Shown piece after piece: positions 1 through 10,594 of a DNA stretch of 64,000 bases. The notes beneath the pieces are model-generated. The model saw only the letters and a program-made list of their open reading frames with translations. It did no database searches and was not told the origin of the DNA. The stretch covers positions 26,660,001 through 26,724,000 of the forward strand of contig NC_135901.1 in the NCBI RefSeq assembly GCF_964194155.1. The letters run 5' to 3'. Each line of letters opens with the position of its first letter. Within the stretch, counting starts at the first letter, position 1. Both the position numbers and the translations under genes were made by a program. The DNA is from Cetorhinus maximus. Its lineage: Eukaryota.

Positions 1-1930
1 TTTCCTGGTACTTGGCCCGTAGCCCTGTATGCTATGAAGTTTCAAGTGCTCCTCTAAATACTTCTTAAATGTTGCGAGGGTTCCTGCCTCTACTGCCCCC
101 CCTCAGGCAGTGTGTTCCAGATTCCAACCAACCTCTGGGTGAAAAATCTTTTCCTCAAATCACCTCTAAACCTCCTGCCCCTTACCTTAAATCTATGCCC
201 CCAGGTTATTGACACCCCGGCTAAATGGAAAAGTTTCTTCCTATCCACCCTATCTATGCCCCTCATAATTTTGTATACCTCTTATCAGGTCCCCTTTCAG
301 CCTTCTCTGCTCTAAGGAAAACAACCTTAGACTATCCAGTCTCTCTTCATAGCTGAAACGCTCCAGCCCAGGCGACATCCTGGTGAATCTCCTTTGCATC
401 CTCTCCAGTGCAATCACATCCTTCCTATAGTGTGGCGACCAGAACTGCACATGATACTCCAGCTGTGGCCTAAATAGCGTTTTATACAGCTCCAACATAA
501 TCTCCCTGCTCTTATATTCAATGCCTCGGCTAATAAAGGCAGATATCCCATATGCCTTAACCACCTTATCTACCTGTTCTGCTGCCTTCAGGGATCTATG
601 GACATGTACAGCAAGGTCCCTCTGATCCTCTGTACTTCCTAGGGTCCTACCATTCATTGTGTATTCCCTTGCCGTGTTAGTTCTCCCAAAATGCATCACC
701 ACCAATTTTCGTGTCATCTGCGAATTACTGATCATACCGCCTATATTCACATCTAAATCACTAATGTACACTACAAACAGCAAGGGCCCCAGAACCACTC
801 CCTGCGGTACACCATTCGGCACAGGCTTCCAGTCGCAAAAACAACCTTCGACCAATCCCCTCTTCCTCCTGCCACTAAACCAATTTTGGGTCCAATTGGC
901 CCTGGATCCCATACCTTCTTGACCATTCTCCCACACGGGACCTTGTCAAAATCCTTACTGAAGTCCATGTAGACTACATCAACTGCACTACCCTCATCTA
1001 CACAACTAGTCATCTCCTCGAAAAATTCAACCAAATTTGTTGGACATGATCTCCCCCTGACAAAGCTATGCTGACTGTCCCTGATTAATCCCTGCCTCTC
1101 CGAGTGGAGATTAATCCTGTCCCTCAGAACTTTTTCCAATAATTTCTCTACCACTGATGTGAGACTCAGTGGCCTGTAATTACCTGGTTTATCCCTACTA
1201 CCCTTGAATTATGGTACTGCATTCGCTGTCCTTCAATCCTCTGGCACCTCTCCTGTGGCCAGAGAGGATTTGAAAATTAGTGTCAGAGCCCCTGCAATCT
1301 CCTCCCTTGCCTCACACAGCAGCCTGGGATACATCTCCTCTGGGCCTGGGGATTTATCCACTTATAAGCCCACTAAAACCGCTAATACTTCCTCCCTTTC
1401 AATGATAATTTGTTGAAGTATATCACAGATCCCCCTCCCTGATTTCTACACCTACATCGTCCTTCTCCATAGTGAACCCAGATGAAAAGGAACCATTTAA
1501 AACATCACATTCATCCTCTGGCTCCACACACAGATTGCCACTTGGTCCCTAATGGGCCCTACTCCTCCCCCGGTTATCCTCTTGCCCTTAATATATTTAT
1601 AAAATGCCTTGGGATTTCCCGTTATCTTGCCCGCCAGTGTTTTTTCATGCTCCCACTTCACTCTCCTAATTACTTTTCTAAGTACGCTTTCTATACTCCT
1701 CTAGGGCTTCCACTGTTTTCAGCCCTCTGTATCTGCCATAAGCCTCCTTTTTTTCCTTATCCAATCCGCTGTATCCCTTGACATCCCGGGTTCCCTGGAC
1801 TTGCTGGTCCCACCCTTCACCTTTATGGGAACACGTTAGCCCTGAGCTCTCTCTATTTCCTTTTTGAATGACTCCCACTGGTCTGATGTAGACTTTCCTA
1901 CAAATAGCTGCTCCCAGTCCACTTTGGCAG
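1..1930 (-). mobile_element. CR1-clade LINE, degenerate ORF2 (RT and C-terminal part)
   Basis: ORFs 771..1154 (SFVRGRSCPTNL, VDVVYMDFSKDFDKVP) and 250..936 (GVPQGVVLGPLLFVVYISD, RPQLEYHVQFWSPHYRKD) carry typical CR1 RT motifs; frameshifted. Confidence 0.93.
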
Positions 1931-1959
1931 TCTGTTTGGATTATCCTATTGGTTTTGAT

Positions 1960-2230
1960 ACAACCGAGTGGCTTATATGACTATTTGAGAGGGCAATTAA
2001 GAGTCAATGGCTTTGCTCTGGTTCTGGGGTCAGATGAGGTTTGGGTGGCAGGTTTCCTTTCCTGAAGGATCTGACTTGACCAGATGGATGTTGCTAACAA
2101 TCCAGTAGTTTCCTGGCAGCATTTAATTCCAGATCTTTTCAATTAACTGCATTTAAATTGCTTAACTGCTCTCGTGGAATATTCCAGATTCTGGATGACT
2201 AATCCAATAATTTAACCACTCTGCCACCAG
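1960..2230 (-). mobile_element. degenerate tRNA-like SINE / LINE 5' repeat
   Basis: Reverse complement resembles the repeat head at 31186-31430 and 44685-44840 (ggactagtaatccag...aatctggaattaaa...gggaaggaaatctgc). Confidence 0.5.
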
Positions 2231-2399
2231 AAACTTCTCTGCCTGGAGATCAGGTTGTAAACTCTTTTGAGCAAATCAAATAAACAGATAAATCAATTAA
2301 CTAAAGAACCACCCCTTAGAGAGATACTGTCACAAAACAAGAAACCATAAACTTGAACAGAAACTTCTACAATTAAATGGAAATATTATTTCCAGGGCT

Positions 2400-3020
2400 G
2401 ATGATGCACTCCAGTCACTGCCGCACCCTACTGGTCACAGAAGGCCTCAAGCCTATCAGCGGACACTGCGTACTCCCTCTCCAGGGACAGCCAGCCATGG
2501 GTGTAATCATGGAAGAGAAGTAGGCAGTCAGGTCGAACGACCCCATCAACCGCCTGGAGCTGTTGATGGCCACCTTGGCCAGCCCCAGAAAGAGGTCATC
2601 TATCCTGTCTGCTCCCCACACACCCTGCACCAGGTGACCAAAGTTCAGGAGCGTGGGGCTGAAGTGCAAGCAAAACTTGAGGAGCAGCTACCTTTAGGTA
2701 GTGAAACAGGGGCTGTGACCTCACTCATCCTGCCTATACGTGGAACATGGAACACAAGGGCTGCGAAAATTGCAGGCAGACAGGAAGTCTGTGAACCTAC
2801 TTAACCTTCTATCTCAGGGGACCGCTGCGTGCAACACCCTCCAGGCCAAATCCCCGATGGAACAGGGGAGGACTCCCATGTAGAGGGCCTCCCAATGGGA
2901 TTCTCTGCCTCCTCCGGACGGCAGGTCGGAACACCATGGTGTGTCCGGACTATCGATTAGGGCAAGGAATTGGAGGGCGCGCAGCGGGAGCCCGTGCAGG
3001 AAACCCCTCCAGAGTGGAAT
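2400..3020 (-). mobile_element. Tx1/L1-clade LINE 3' fragment
   Basis: Peptides LYMGVLPCSIGDLAWRVLHAAVP and HFSPTLLNFGH...LFLGLAKVAI match the C-terminal (zf-RVT-adjacent) region of Tx1-type ORF2. Confidence 0.75.
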
Positions 3021-3219
3021 GACACAAAGGGGATGATTGCAAAATGGCTCAAATTGACTGTTGTATAATTGTGTTAGCAATTTACACGCTCCTGTGAATC
3101 GTCCATCTGGTATTTTAACACAGACTTTAACCAATTGGTTTTAAACCTGTTTATGTTAAATGAGTTAACGCACAATTTTGTAGCGCATAGATTAGACCTC
3201 TGCTGGAATAGTGCATTCA

Positions 3220-3695
3220 ATTCTGGAATCACGCTTTGGGAAGGAAGTCAAGGCTTAAGAGAAGGTGAAGGTGAGGTTTACCAGAATGTTCTATGGAGAG
3301 ATGAGAGAACTGGGTTTGTTTTCCCTGGAGTAAAAAGGGTTTAAGAGGAGATACGATAGAGGTGTTCAAAATCACGAACAGTTTTGACAGACTAAATAAG
3401 GAGAAAGTGTGTTCGGGGCAGAAGCAAACACAAGACCAAGGAGTGAGGAGATTGCCAAAATAATGTTTTTTTAATCCAATGAGTTGTTGTGACCGGGAAC
3501 TTTGCGTAGAGTCTGTTTCCGTCACACTTACAGGCCAGTAAGGGTAATGGAAGCAGATTCGACAGCAACGTTCGAGAGAGCAATGGATACGGGGAAGAAA
3601 TGTCCAAGGCTATGTGTAAAGAGGGGAGTGAGGCAAATTCGATCGCTATACTAAAGAGCTGGCACAGGCACAATGAGCCGAATGGTTTCCTTCAG
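3220..3695 (+). mobile_element. old CR1 3' fragment
   Basis: Diverged match to the CR1 3' region (ttgttttccctggag...aagaggagatacgatagaggtgttcaaaatc...gagccgaatgg). Confidence 0.6.
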
Positions 3696-3824
3696 CTGTT
3701 GAACCAGCAGAAGACAAGGGCGGACGATCATACCCAGGAATCTCCACATGGTACAATACGACCCGTCCTCATCGGCACGGACACAATATGCAGTCTCCAA
3801 TTGTTCTCCCTTACTGTCTTGTAG

Positions 3825-4092
3825 GTGCTGTGTGATAGTGGGATTCAGTCCCAGATTACCCTCCAGTATATTCACAACTGCTAATTCTGGGTTGTGATCC
3901 TGTTCTGAGGTTCCTGTGTGATGGTGGGGTTCAGTCCCAGTCACTGATTACCCTCCAGTACCTCCACAAGTGGTAATTCTGGGATTGTGACCCTATACTG
4001 AAAATGCTGTGTGATGGTGGGGTTCAGTCCCAGTCACTGATTACCCTCCAGTACCTCCACAAGTGGTAATTCTGGGATTGTGATCCTACAGG
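3825..4092. repeat. tandem repeat, about 90-bp unit, about 3 copies
   Basis: Recurring tgtgtgatggtggggttcagtcccagtcactgattaccctccagtacctccacaagtggtaattctgggattgtga. Confidence 0.85.
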
Positions 4093-4294
4093 ATGAGGTG
4101 CCAGCATTTCAACCATGGGGAGCAGCACAGCCGCCGTCCCTGGCTGATTCTGTCTGGTAACACTGAGGCCAATGGGAGCACACCAACAACAACTTGTTTT
4201 TACATAGCACCTTTAACGTTCCAAGGTGTCGCACACGAGTGTAATCAGTCAAAAACTGACACCCAACCAGAGGAGACAAAACATTTCAGGATTC

Positions 4295-4555
4295 AGAAAT
4301 GTGTCCCAGCCGCTCTCTTCCATGGTTCAGAGCTCCTAGACACGGAACAGAAGGCTCCTTCACAACTGTGTTTGGAGGCAGGAAGAACAACGGTGAATGC
4401 TGGAAACATGCTGTCAAATCAGAGATTGGTGTAAAACTGTGATCTGTTCCTGACTGAGAGTGAAACGGCAGGTTTAAGTTTCCAGTCTGAAAATGACTGT
4501 GGTAATTATTCTGTGATGGGTTAATATGTTTGTGTGGCAGTCTTGAATCTACCAT
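4295..4555 (+). repeat. dispersed ZNF-associated 3' block, copy 1 (no adjacent + strand ZNF gene)
   Basis: Homologous to 11797-12055 and 46027-46285; core 4409-4508 reads identical to 11911-12010. Confidence 0.9.
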
Positions 4556-5193
4556 TTTAAGGCGGGTGTTAGTTTGTTTAAAATAAACCTTCTGAGAAAT
4601 AAATTGATTAAAGTCTGTAATTAAATGAGGAGGAGTTCACAGGAGCTTCTTAACTGCTGCTACAATTAAACAACAGACATTTGATCTCCAAATAAATTAG
4701 GGTACGGTAGCCTCGTGGTTATGTTACTGGATCAGTGATCCAGACCCTGGAGATGTGAGGCTCAAATCCTGCCAGAGCAGATTGAAAAATTTACATTTAG
4801 CTTGAGTGGAAAATCCTTCAGGATTAACCCACACGGGGACTTTGCTGTCAGTGAAGAGAGACGAGAAAGACCAAAGTGCCGTTTGTCCCTCTCGGTGTGA
4901 CCCTGAAGGACTGTGTCCAGGCTGAAGTCCTGTTCCTGCCGTATGATCCTCCCCCAGATTGTCCTTTCTGAGCTCCAGCCTGGTGATGTTAAACGCTCAG
5001 GTGGGATAGACAAAAATCAACAACAACGTGTTTAAAACAAATCCAAATTCATTTGACATTTATCCTGAATGTTAAACACCGGCTCAGTTATTGGGCTACG
5101 AACATCAGAAAAATAAACTCCAACTGTCTGAACAAACACAGTTCAGTTTGGATGATTAACAACAGCAAGAAGAGCAGAAACCAGCGCCTGAAG

Positions 5194-5868
5194 TCACTTG
5201 TGAATTCGCTGGTGAATCACAAAGTTGGATGAACGAGTGAACTCTTTCCCGCACACAGAGCAGGTGAACGGTCTCTCCCCAGTGTGAACTCGCTGGTGTC
5301 TCAGCAAGTTGAAAGAATGGGTGAATCCCTTCCCACACACGGAGCAGATGAACGGTCTCTCCCCGGTGTGAACTCTTTGGTGCTCCACCAGACTGGATGA
5401 CTGAGCGAATCCCTTCCCACACACGGAGCAGGTGAACGGCCTCTCCCCAGTGTGAGTTCTCTGGTGTTTCCGCAGGGTGGATGACTGTGTGAATCCCTTC
5501 CCACACTCGGAGCAGGTGAACGGCCTCTCCCCGGTGTGGGTGCGTTGGTGTGTGACCACCTCACTTCTGCTTTTGAAACTCTTCTCACATTCCGAACATT
5601 TGAAAGGTCTCCTGTCAGTGTGAACACGTTGGTGTGTCAACAGACTGGATAACTGTGCGAATTCCTTCCCACATACCAAGCAGGGGAATGGCCTCTCCCC
5701 GGTGTGAACTCGCATGTGGATATGGAGCTTGGATGTCTCTGCAAATCCCTTCCCACAGATAGAGCAGGTGAACGGCCTCTCCCCAGTGTGACTGCGTCGA
5801 TGGATTTCCAGCTGGTACGGATAATTGAATCCCTTCCCACAGTCCCCACATTTCCATGGTTTCTCCAT
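5194..5868 (-). CDS. C2H2 zinc-finger protein (ZNF-1), 8 tandem fingers, no effector domain
   Basis: ORF 5194..5904. First ATG at 5868 in accATGg context gives [27 protein letters not shown]; 8 CxxC-x12-HxxxH units with mostly TGERP linkers; ends HQRIHK*. Confidence 0.9.
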   Translation of the reverse strand: MEKPWKCGDCGKGFNYPYQLEIHRRSHTGERPFTCSICGKGFAETSKLHIHMRVHTGERPFPCLVCGKEFAQLSSLLTHQRVHTDRRPFKCSECEKSFKSRSEVVTHQRTHTGERPFTCSECGKGFTQSSTLRKHQRTHTGERPFTCSVCGKGFAQSSSLVEHQRVHTGERPFICSVCGKGFTHSFNLLRHQRVHTGERPFTCSVCGKEFTRSSNFVIHQRIHK

Positions 5869-6232
5869 GGTGTGGGTGTCATTGCATCTCTCCAGGTTGG
5901 ACAATCAGTTGAAGGCTCTTTCACATAGAACAAGTGTATGGTTTCGTCCCGCTGTGAATGGTGTGGTGTATTTTCAGGCTGTGGAACTGGCTAAAGCTCT
6001 TTCCACAGTCAGTGCACTTGGACACACTCACTCGGGTGTGTGTGTCTCGGTATTTTTCCAGTCACACTGATGTTTGAAATCTTTTTCCCACAGACAGAAC
6101 AGGCAAACGTTCCTCTGTCCACATTCAAAGACAGATGATATTCAGGCTCTGATGAATCAAGTCTCTCGATCAAATACTGATTATGATGTTTGGTTTGAGT
6201 TTCCGGTCCGTAAATCCTTGTCTTCTAATATC
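5869..6232 (-). other. non-coding leader derived from three decayed zinc fingers, preceded by a splice acceptor
   Basis: Acceptor ccttttacag at about 6233-6242. Decayed [42 protein letters not shown] and FN*LSNLER with frameshifts. Confidence 0.75.
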
Positions 6233-6394
6233 CTGTAAAAGGAGTTTACAAAATTCAGCAAGAACAGGATAAAAATTCAGAATGGACAATTCTGGTTTCT
6301 ATGAAACATTCTTTCAACTATCTTGTTTTCCCAAACGCGTCATCCAGTCAAACTGAAAGAAGCCAAAATCAGCATCACAGCCCAAACAAGAGTT

Positions 6395-6860
6395 TAGAGA
6401 ACCTTCCTAACTAAACCAGAATGTTGTTTCCAGTGTCTGTGAGACACTCTGTACCGAGGTGCCCACTGGTGGTGGAAGGTACCAACCGTACCGATGGACA
6501 CCACATGCTCCCTCTCCAGAGCCACCCAGACACGGACAAGACCATGGGAGGGAGGCCAGCAGCCAGAATAACCGCCCAGCCCCCACCAAACCCCATGTGT
6601 CCCACCCATCCCAAATCTACAAATTGCTGTTTCAACCAGGCCCAAGAGCAGGTCCAGGAGAAGATATACCAACCTACCCACCCGCTTCCACATTGGGCAG
6701 ACAAAAGATTAGGAGACTGGGGCTGAAATGTAACTAAAAGTTGAGCAGTAGCCCCTTCAGGTAACTATACAGGGGCTGCAACCTCTCATACTGAATGTAC
6801 ACGGCCCATGGACTCCTCTAGGCTGTAAACATGACCTGTAGCCCGGGAGTGGGTGAAGCT
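6395..6860 (-). mobile_element. Tx1-clade LINE 3' fragment
   Basis: LLLDLLLGLVETAICRF...VRVWVALEREHVVS...WAP; same family as 2400-3020. Confidence 0.7.
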
Positions 6861-7124
6861 GTTCGAAAACCTGACACCCAGGATGCTCAAGGAGGATGGG
6901 AAGATTCAGGAAAGCAGAAAGGGAAATGTCAAGGTTACAGAGCTCTGCAGCGTTTTGGTAAAAATAAGCAGAGTGGGTCAGGAAGAGACAGCGAGAGTAA
7001 CAAAGCGAATAGGGCATTAGTGACAAAGGTGACATCAGGGAGAATTAGAAAAATATCGAAGCAAAAGGTGCCAGATCTAAATGTGCAAAGTGTTTGCAAC
7101 AAATTAGATGACTGTTCAGGTTGG

Positions 7125-7460
7125 ATCTGCACACAGAACACATGTACAATCGCTCCCAGCTGCACGGTGCGCTATTTTGTTAGGTTTTGTAACTGGTTAA
7201 AACTCTTTCCAGTCAGTGCACTGGAACACTCTCACTCGTGTGTGTGTGTGTGTTTTTCTCAGTGATATTCCAGTCACAATATTGCTTAAAATCTCTTCTC
7301 ACAGTCAGAACAGTCAAACATTTCTCCTTCCACATTCAAAGGCCGATGATATTCAGGTCCTGATGAATCGAGTGACTCTGTCAGATCCTGACATGGTGTT
7401 TGGTTTGAATTTCTCATCTGCAAATCCAACCCTCAAAATACCCTGCAAATGGAGTTAAAA
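7125..7460 (-). pseudogene. extra isolated copy of the decayed zinc-finger leader
   Basis: Homologous to 5940-6240 (gatattcagg.cctgatgaatc, ccagtcac, cagtgcactggaacactctcactcg). Confidence 0.7.
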
Positions 7461-8019
7461 TTGAAATTCTCAGATATTCAAAAAAATAAAGACCATTCTA
7501 TTCAAATACTCTGCTGGTTTCTGTACACCACACACTTCTACTCCCATTCCATGCACCTCATCTTGGCCTTTCAGCTTTTTATTCCATTCCCTTTTCCCTC
7601 ATGTACTTATCTAGTTTCCTTTTGAAATTATCTCAGCTTTTTCCCTCAGTGGTTTCCTGAGTTCTGCATTGTAACCACTCTCTGAGTTTCAGGTGGAAAC
7701 ATTCTCTGCAATCCTACCCCGTCCAACCCATTGATCATTGTAAAGACCTCTATCAGCTCACTGCTAACTCTCCCTTTTTCCTAAAGGAAAAAAAGCCCCA
7801 GCCTGTTTAATCTTTCATAACAGGAGTATTTGTTTTGGTTTACAAAACTCATCACTGTCAATCCAGGATAGAAATTAAGAGACAAGCATGTCTCTTGATT
7901 TGAGTTTGCTGCGTGTAAATCCTCCCCTTCTAACCCCCTGTAAGAGGAGTTTCCAAAACCCCATCCCTGTCAGTCCAGGATAGAAACGCACAACATTCTC
8001 TCCTCCTGCTGACAGGGAC

Positions 8020-8790
8020 AGGGATGACTGCGCATGCGCACTGCTGCATTCTCTGATCAAAATGGCGGCGGTGACCCAGGGTCTGTCATCAGAAACCCCG
8101 CAGCTGCGGCTCCGCTTCATGAAAACGCGGAACCGATGGCTTTGTATTCGGAGCTTGAAGCCCACATAAAGTGTTTGTGAAACCTCCCAGTCCACCCGCC
8201 CGCTCTATCCCTCGCCTGCCCGGGGATATTTTTCACCTCCGCGGATTCCACACCGCCGCTTCCATCCGATTCTGGCACCTACACCGCGCATGCTCCAACC
8301 ACAACCCCCGCACCACGCCTGCGCGGGGGCTGCCGTGGCGGAAGAGAGAGCAACCGCCCCTCATTCAATCCGATTGGCGGGAGGACCCGGCAGCTCTTGT
8401 TCGGTCCTCCAGCCAATCGGCGTGATTGAGGGGGCGGGGCTGGAGGACCGGCTGCCCTCGTTCGGTCCTCCAGCCCCGCCCCCCTCATTCATTCCGATTG
8501 GCCGGGGGACTGGCTGCTCTCGTTCGGTCCTCCAGCCCCGCCCCCCTCATTCACTCCGATTGGCCGGGGGACTGGCTGCTCTCGTTCGGTCCTCCAGCCC
8601 CGCCCCCCTCATTCACTCCGATTGGCCGGGGGACTGGCTGCTCTCGTTCGGTCCTCCAGCCCTGCCCCCTCATTCACCCCGATTGGTTGGAGGACAAACC
8701 GCTCCCGTTCGGTCCTCCAGCCCCGATCCCTCTCTTCCTATTGGTCTGGAATAACAATCAGCCGCTTCCGGATCCTCTCGGGCCTGAACC
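8020..8790. promoter_or_regulatory. CpG-rich putative bidirectional promoter between ZNF-1 and ZNF-2
   Basis: High CpG density; NRF1-type gcgcatgcgc at 8030, YY1-type aaaatggcggc at about 8059, multiple CCAAT (attgg) and GC boxes. Confidence 0.75.
8355..8745. repeat. 62-bp GC-rich minisatellite built from CCAAT plus GC-box units, about 6 units with one inverted
   Basis: Unit cattcactccgattggccgggggactggctgctctcgttcggtcctccagccccgcccccct starts at 8486, 8548, 8610 and 8671; inverted unit at about 8404-8450. Confidence 0.92.
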
Positions 8791-9233
8791 TGAACCAAAG
8801 GCCCCATTGGGAAAAGGTGGTTGTTTCTGTTTAATTAAAATTACTGATAGAGACATGAAAGGTAATTTGCTGTCTTGACCCAAAGTATTTGGTGGAATTA
8901 GAGTGAAGGAGTGGAATTGACCCACAGCCTGAGTCACCAGTTTAAGGACAGGAGGAGAGAGAATCTGGAGAGGAGAAAAGAATAAGTAGGAGACTGGACA
9001 CTGAATCTGGGACAATGAGCAGAGAGGGAGAGGAGTGTGTGGGACAGAGATTTATAGATTTGGGGGAATGAAAGGGGAAAAATGTTCCATAGAAACCAGA
9101 ATTGTCTGTTCTGAATTTCTATCCTGTACTGACACTGATAACTTCTGTAAAAAATAAAAACAGGAAATGCTGGAAAATCTCAGCAGGTCTGACAGCATCT
9201 GTGGAGAGAGAAACAGAGTCAACGATTCGAGTC

Positions 9234-10091
9234 AGTGTGATTTGATCGAGCTGAGTGAGTGGGCAAATGCATGGCAGATGCAGTACAATGTGGATAAATG
9301 TGAGGTTATCCACTTTGGTAGCAAAAACAGGAAGGCAGATTATTATCTGAATGGCTATAAATTGAGAGAGGGGAATGTGCAACGAGGCCTGGGTGTCCTT
9401 GTACACCAGTCGCTGAAGGTAAGCATGAAGCAGCAGGCGGTAAAGAAGGCAAATGGTATGTTGGCCTTCATAGCCAGAGGATTCGAATACAGGAACAGGG
9501 ATCTCTTGCTGCACTTATACAGGGCCTTGGTGAGACCACACCTGGAATATTGTGTGCAGTTTTGGTCTCCTTATCTGAGGAAGGATATTCTTGCCACAGA
9601 GGGAGTGCAGCGAAGGTTTACCCGACTGATTCCAGGGATGGCGGGACTGACATATGAGGAGAGATTGAGTCGATTAGGATTATATTTGGTGGAGTTCAGA
9701 AGAATGAGGGGGGATCTCATAGAAACCTATAAAATTCTAACAGGACAAGACAGGGTAGATACAGGAAGCATGTTCCCGATGGTGGGGGAGTCCAGAACCT
9801 GGGGTCACAGTCTGAGGATATGGGGTAGACCATTTAGGACTGAGATGAGGAGAAACTTCTTCATCCAGAGAGTAGTGAGCCTGTGGAATTCGTTACCACA
9901 GAAAGTAGTTGAGACCAAAACATTGTATGCTTTCAAGAAGGAGTTAGGAATAGCTTTTGGGGCGAAAGGGATCAAAGGGTACGGGGAGAAAGCGGGAGCA
10001 GGCTATTGAGTTGGATGATCAGCCACGATCATAATGAATGGCGGAGCAGGCTCGAAGGGCCGAATGGCCTACTCCTGCTCCTAGTTTCTAT
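9234..10091 (+). mobile_element. 5'-truncated CR1 LINE (open C-terminal ORF2 plus 3' UTR)
   Basis: ORF 9167..10009 (WQMQYNVDKCEVIHFG, RPHLEYCVQFWSPYLRKD); 3' tail ends tttctat; gagtc on both sides. Confidence 0.93.
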
Positions 10092-10118
10092 GAGTCCATT
10101 TGACTCTTCTTCAGAAGA

Positions 10119-10157
10119 AGCTCTGAAGAAGAGTCATACGGACTTGAAACGTCAACT
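10119..10157 (+). ncRNA. minimal type I hammerhead ribozyme-like motif in a Penelope pLTR
   Basis: agct-CTGAAGA-a-GAGTC-atacg-GACTT-GAAA-c-GTC-aact; Penelope-like elements are known to carry such minimal hammerheads. Confidence 0.6.
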
Positions 10158-10384
10158 CTGTTTTTCTCTCTCCACAGATGCCATCAGATCTGCTGAGCTT
10201 TTCCAGCGTTTTCTGTTTTTATTTCAGATTTCCAGCACCCACAATATTTTGCTTATAACTTCTGTAAACTGCTTTTACAGGGGGTTACAAGGGGAGAAGT
10301 TCCAGGCGAGAAAAATCGTAACAAACATCCTGTCAAGATCTGACACGGCCACTCAATTCATCGGGACCTGAATATCATCGGCCT

Positions 10385-10594
10385 TCACACAGCGAGTGGT
10401 TCGGGTCTGGAATGCACTGCCTGGAAGTGTGGTGGAGGCAGGTTCAATCGAGGCATTCAAGAGGGCATTAGATGGTCATTTAAATAGAAACGATGCGCAA
10501 GGTTATGGGCAAAAGGCAGGAGAATGGCACTAAGTCATAACGCTCATTTGCAGAGCCGGTGCAGACACAATGAATGGGCTGAATGGCCTCCTTC
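10385..10594 (+). mobile_element. CR1 3' fragment fused to the ZNF-2 start
   Basis: ttcacacagcgagtggttcgggtctggaatgcactgcc...ggtgcagacacaatgaatgggctgaatggcctccttc is a CR1 3' end. Confidence 0.8.

Larger units (their letters stand above)
9152..10254. mobile_element. Penelope-derived foldback (inverted pLTR) element, interrupted by a CR1
   Basis: Arms 9155-9233 and 10092-10220 are inverted copies of the Penelope terminal repeat seen at 37150-37230; flanked by a 14-bp direct repeat ataacttctgtaaa (9138-9151, 10255-10268). Confidence 0.8.

Noticed and set aside
5905-6064. Conserved in-frame TGA codons as selenocysteine or programmed readthrough
   Set aside because: Every leader copy carries independent frameshifts or lost Cys/His residues around the TGAs, and I could not identify a convincing SECIS; a non-coding leader is more parsimonious.
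6233-8020. Upstream KRAB or other effector-coding exon for ZNF-1
   Set aside because: No KRAB-A-like motif was seen in the ORF track or by eye, and in-frame stops lie between the acceptor and the ATG.
8290-8878. Repetitive ORFs over the CpG island
   Set aside because: Translations of the 62-bp promoter repeat, with the frame rotating every unit.
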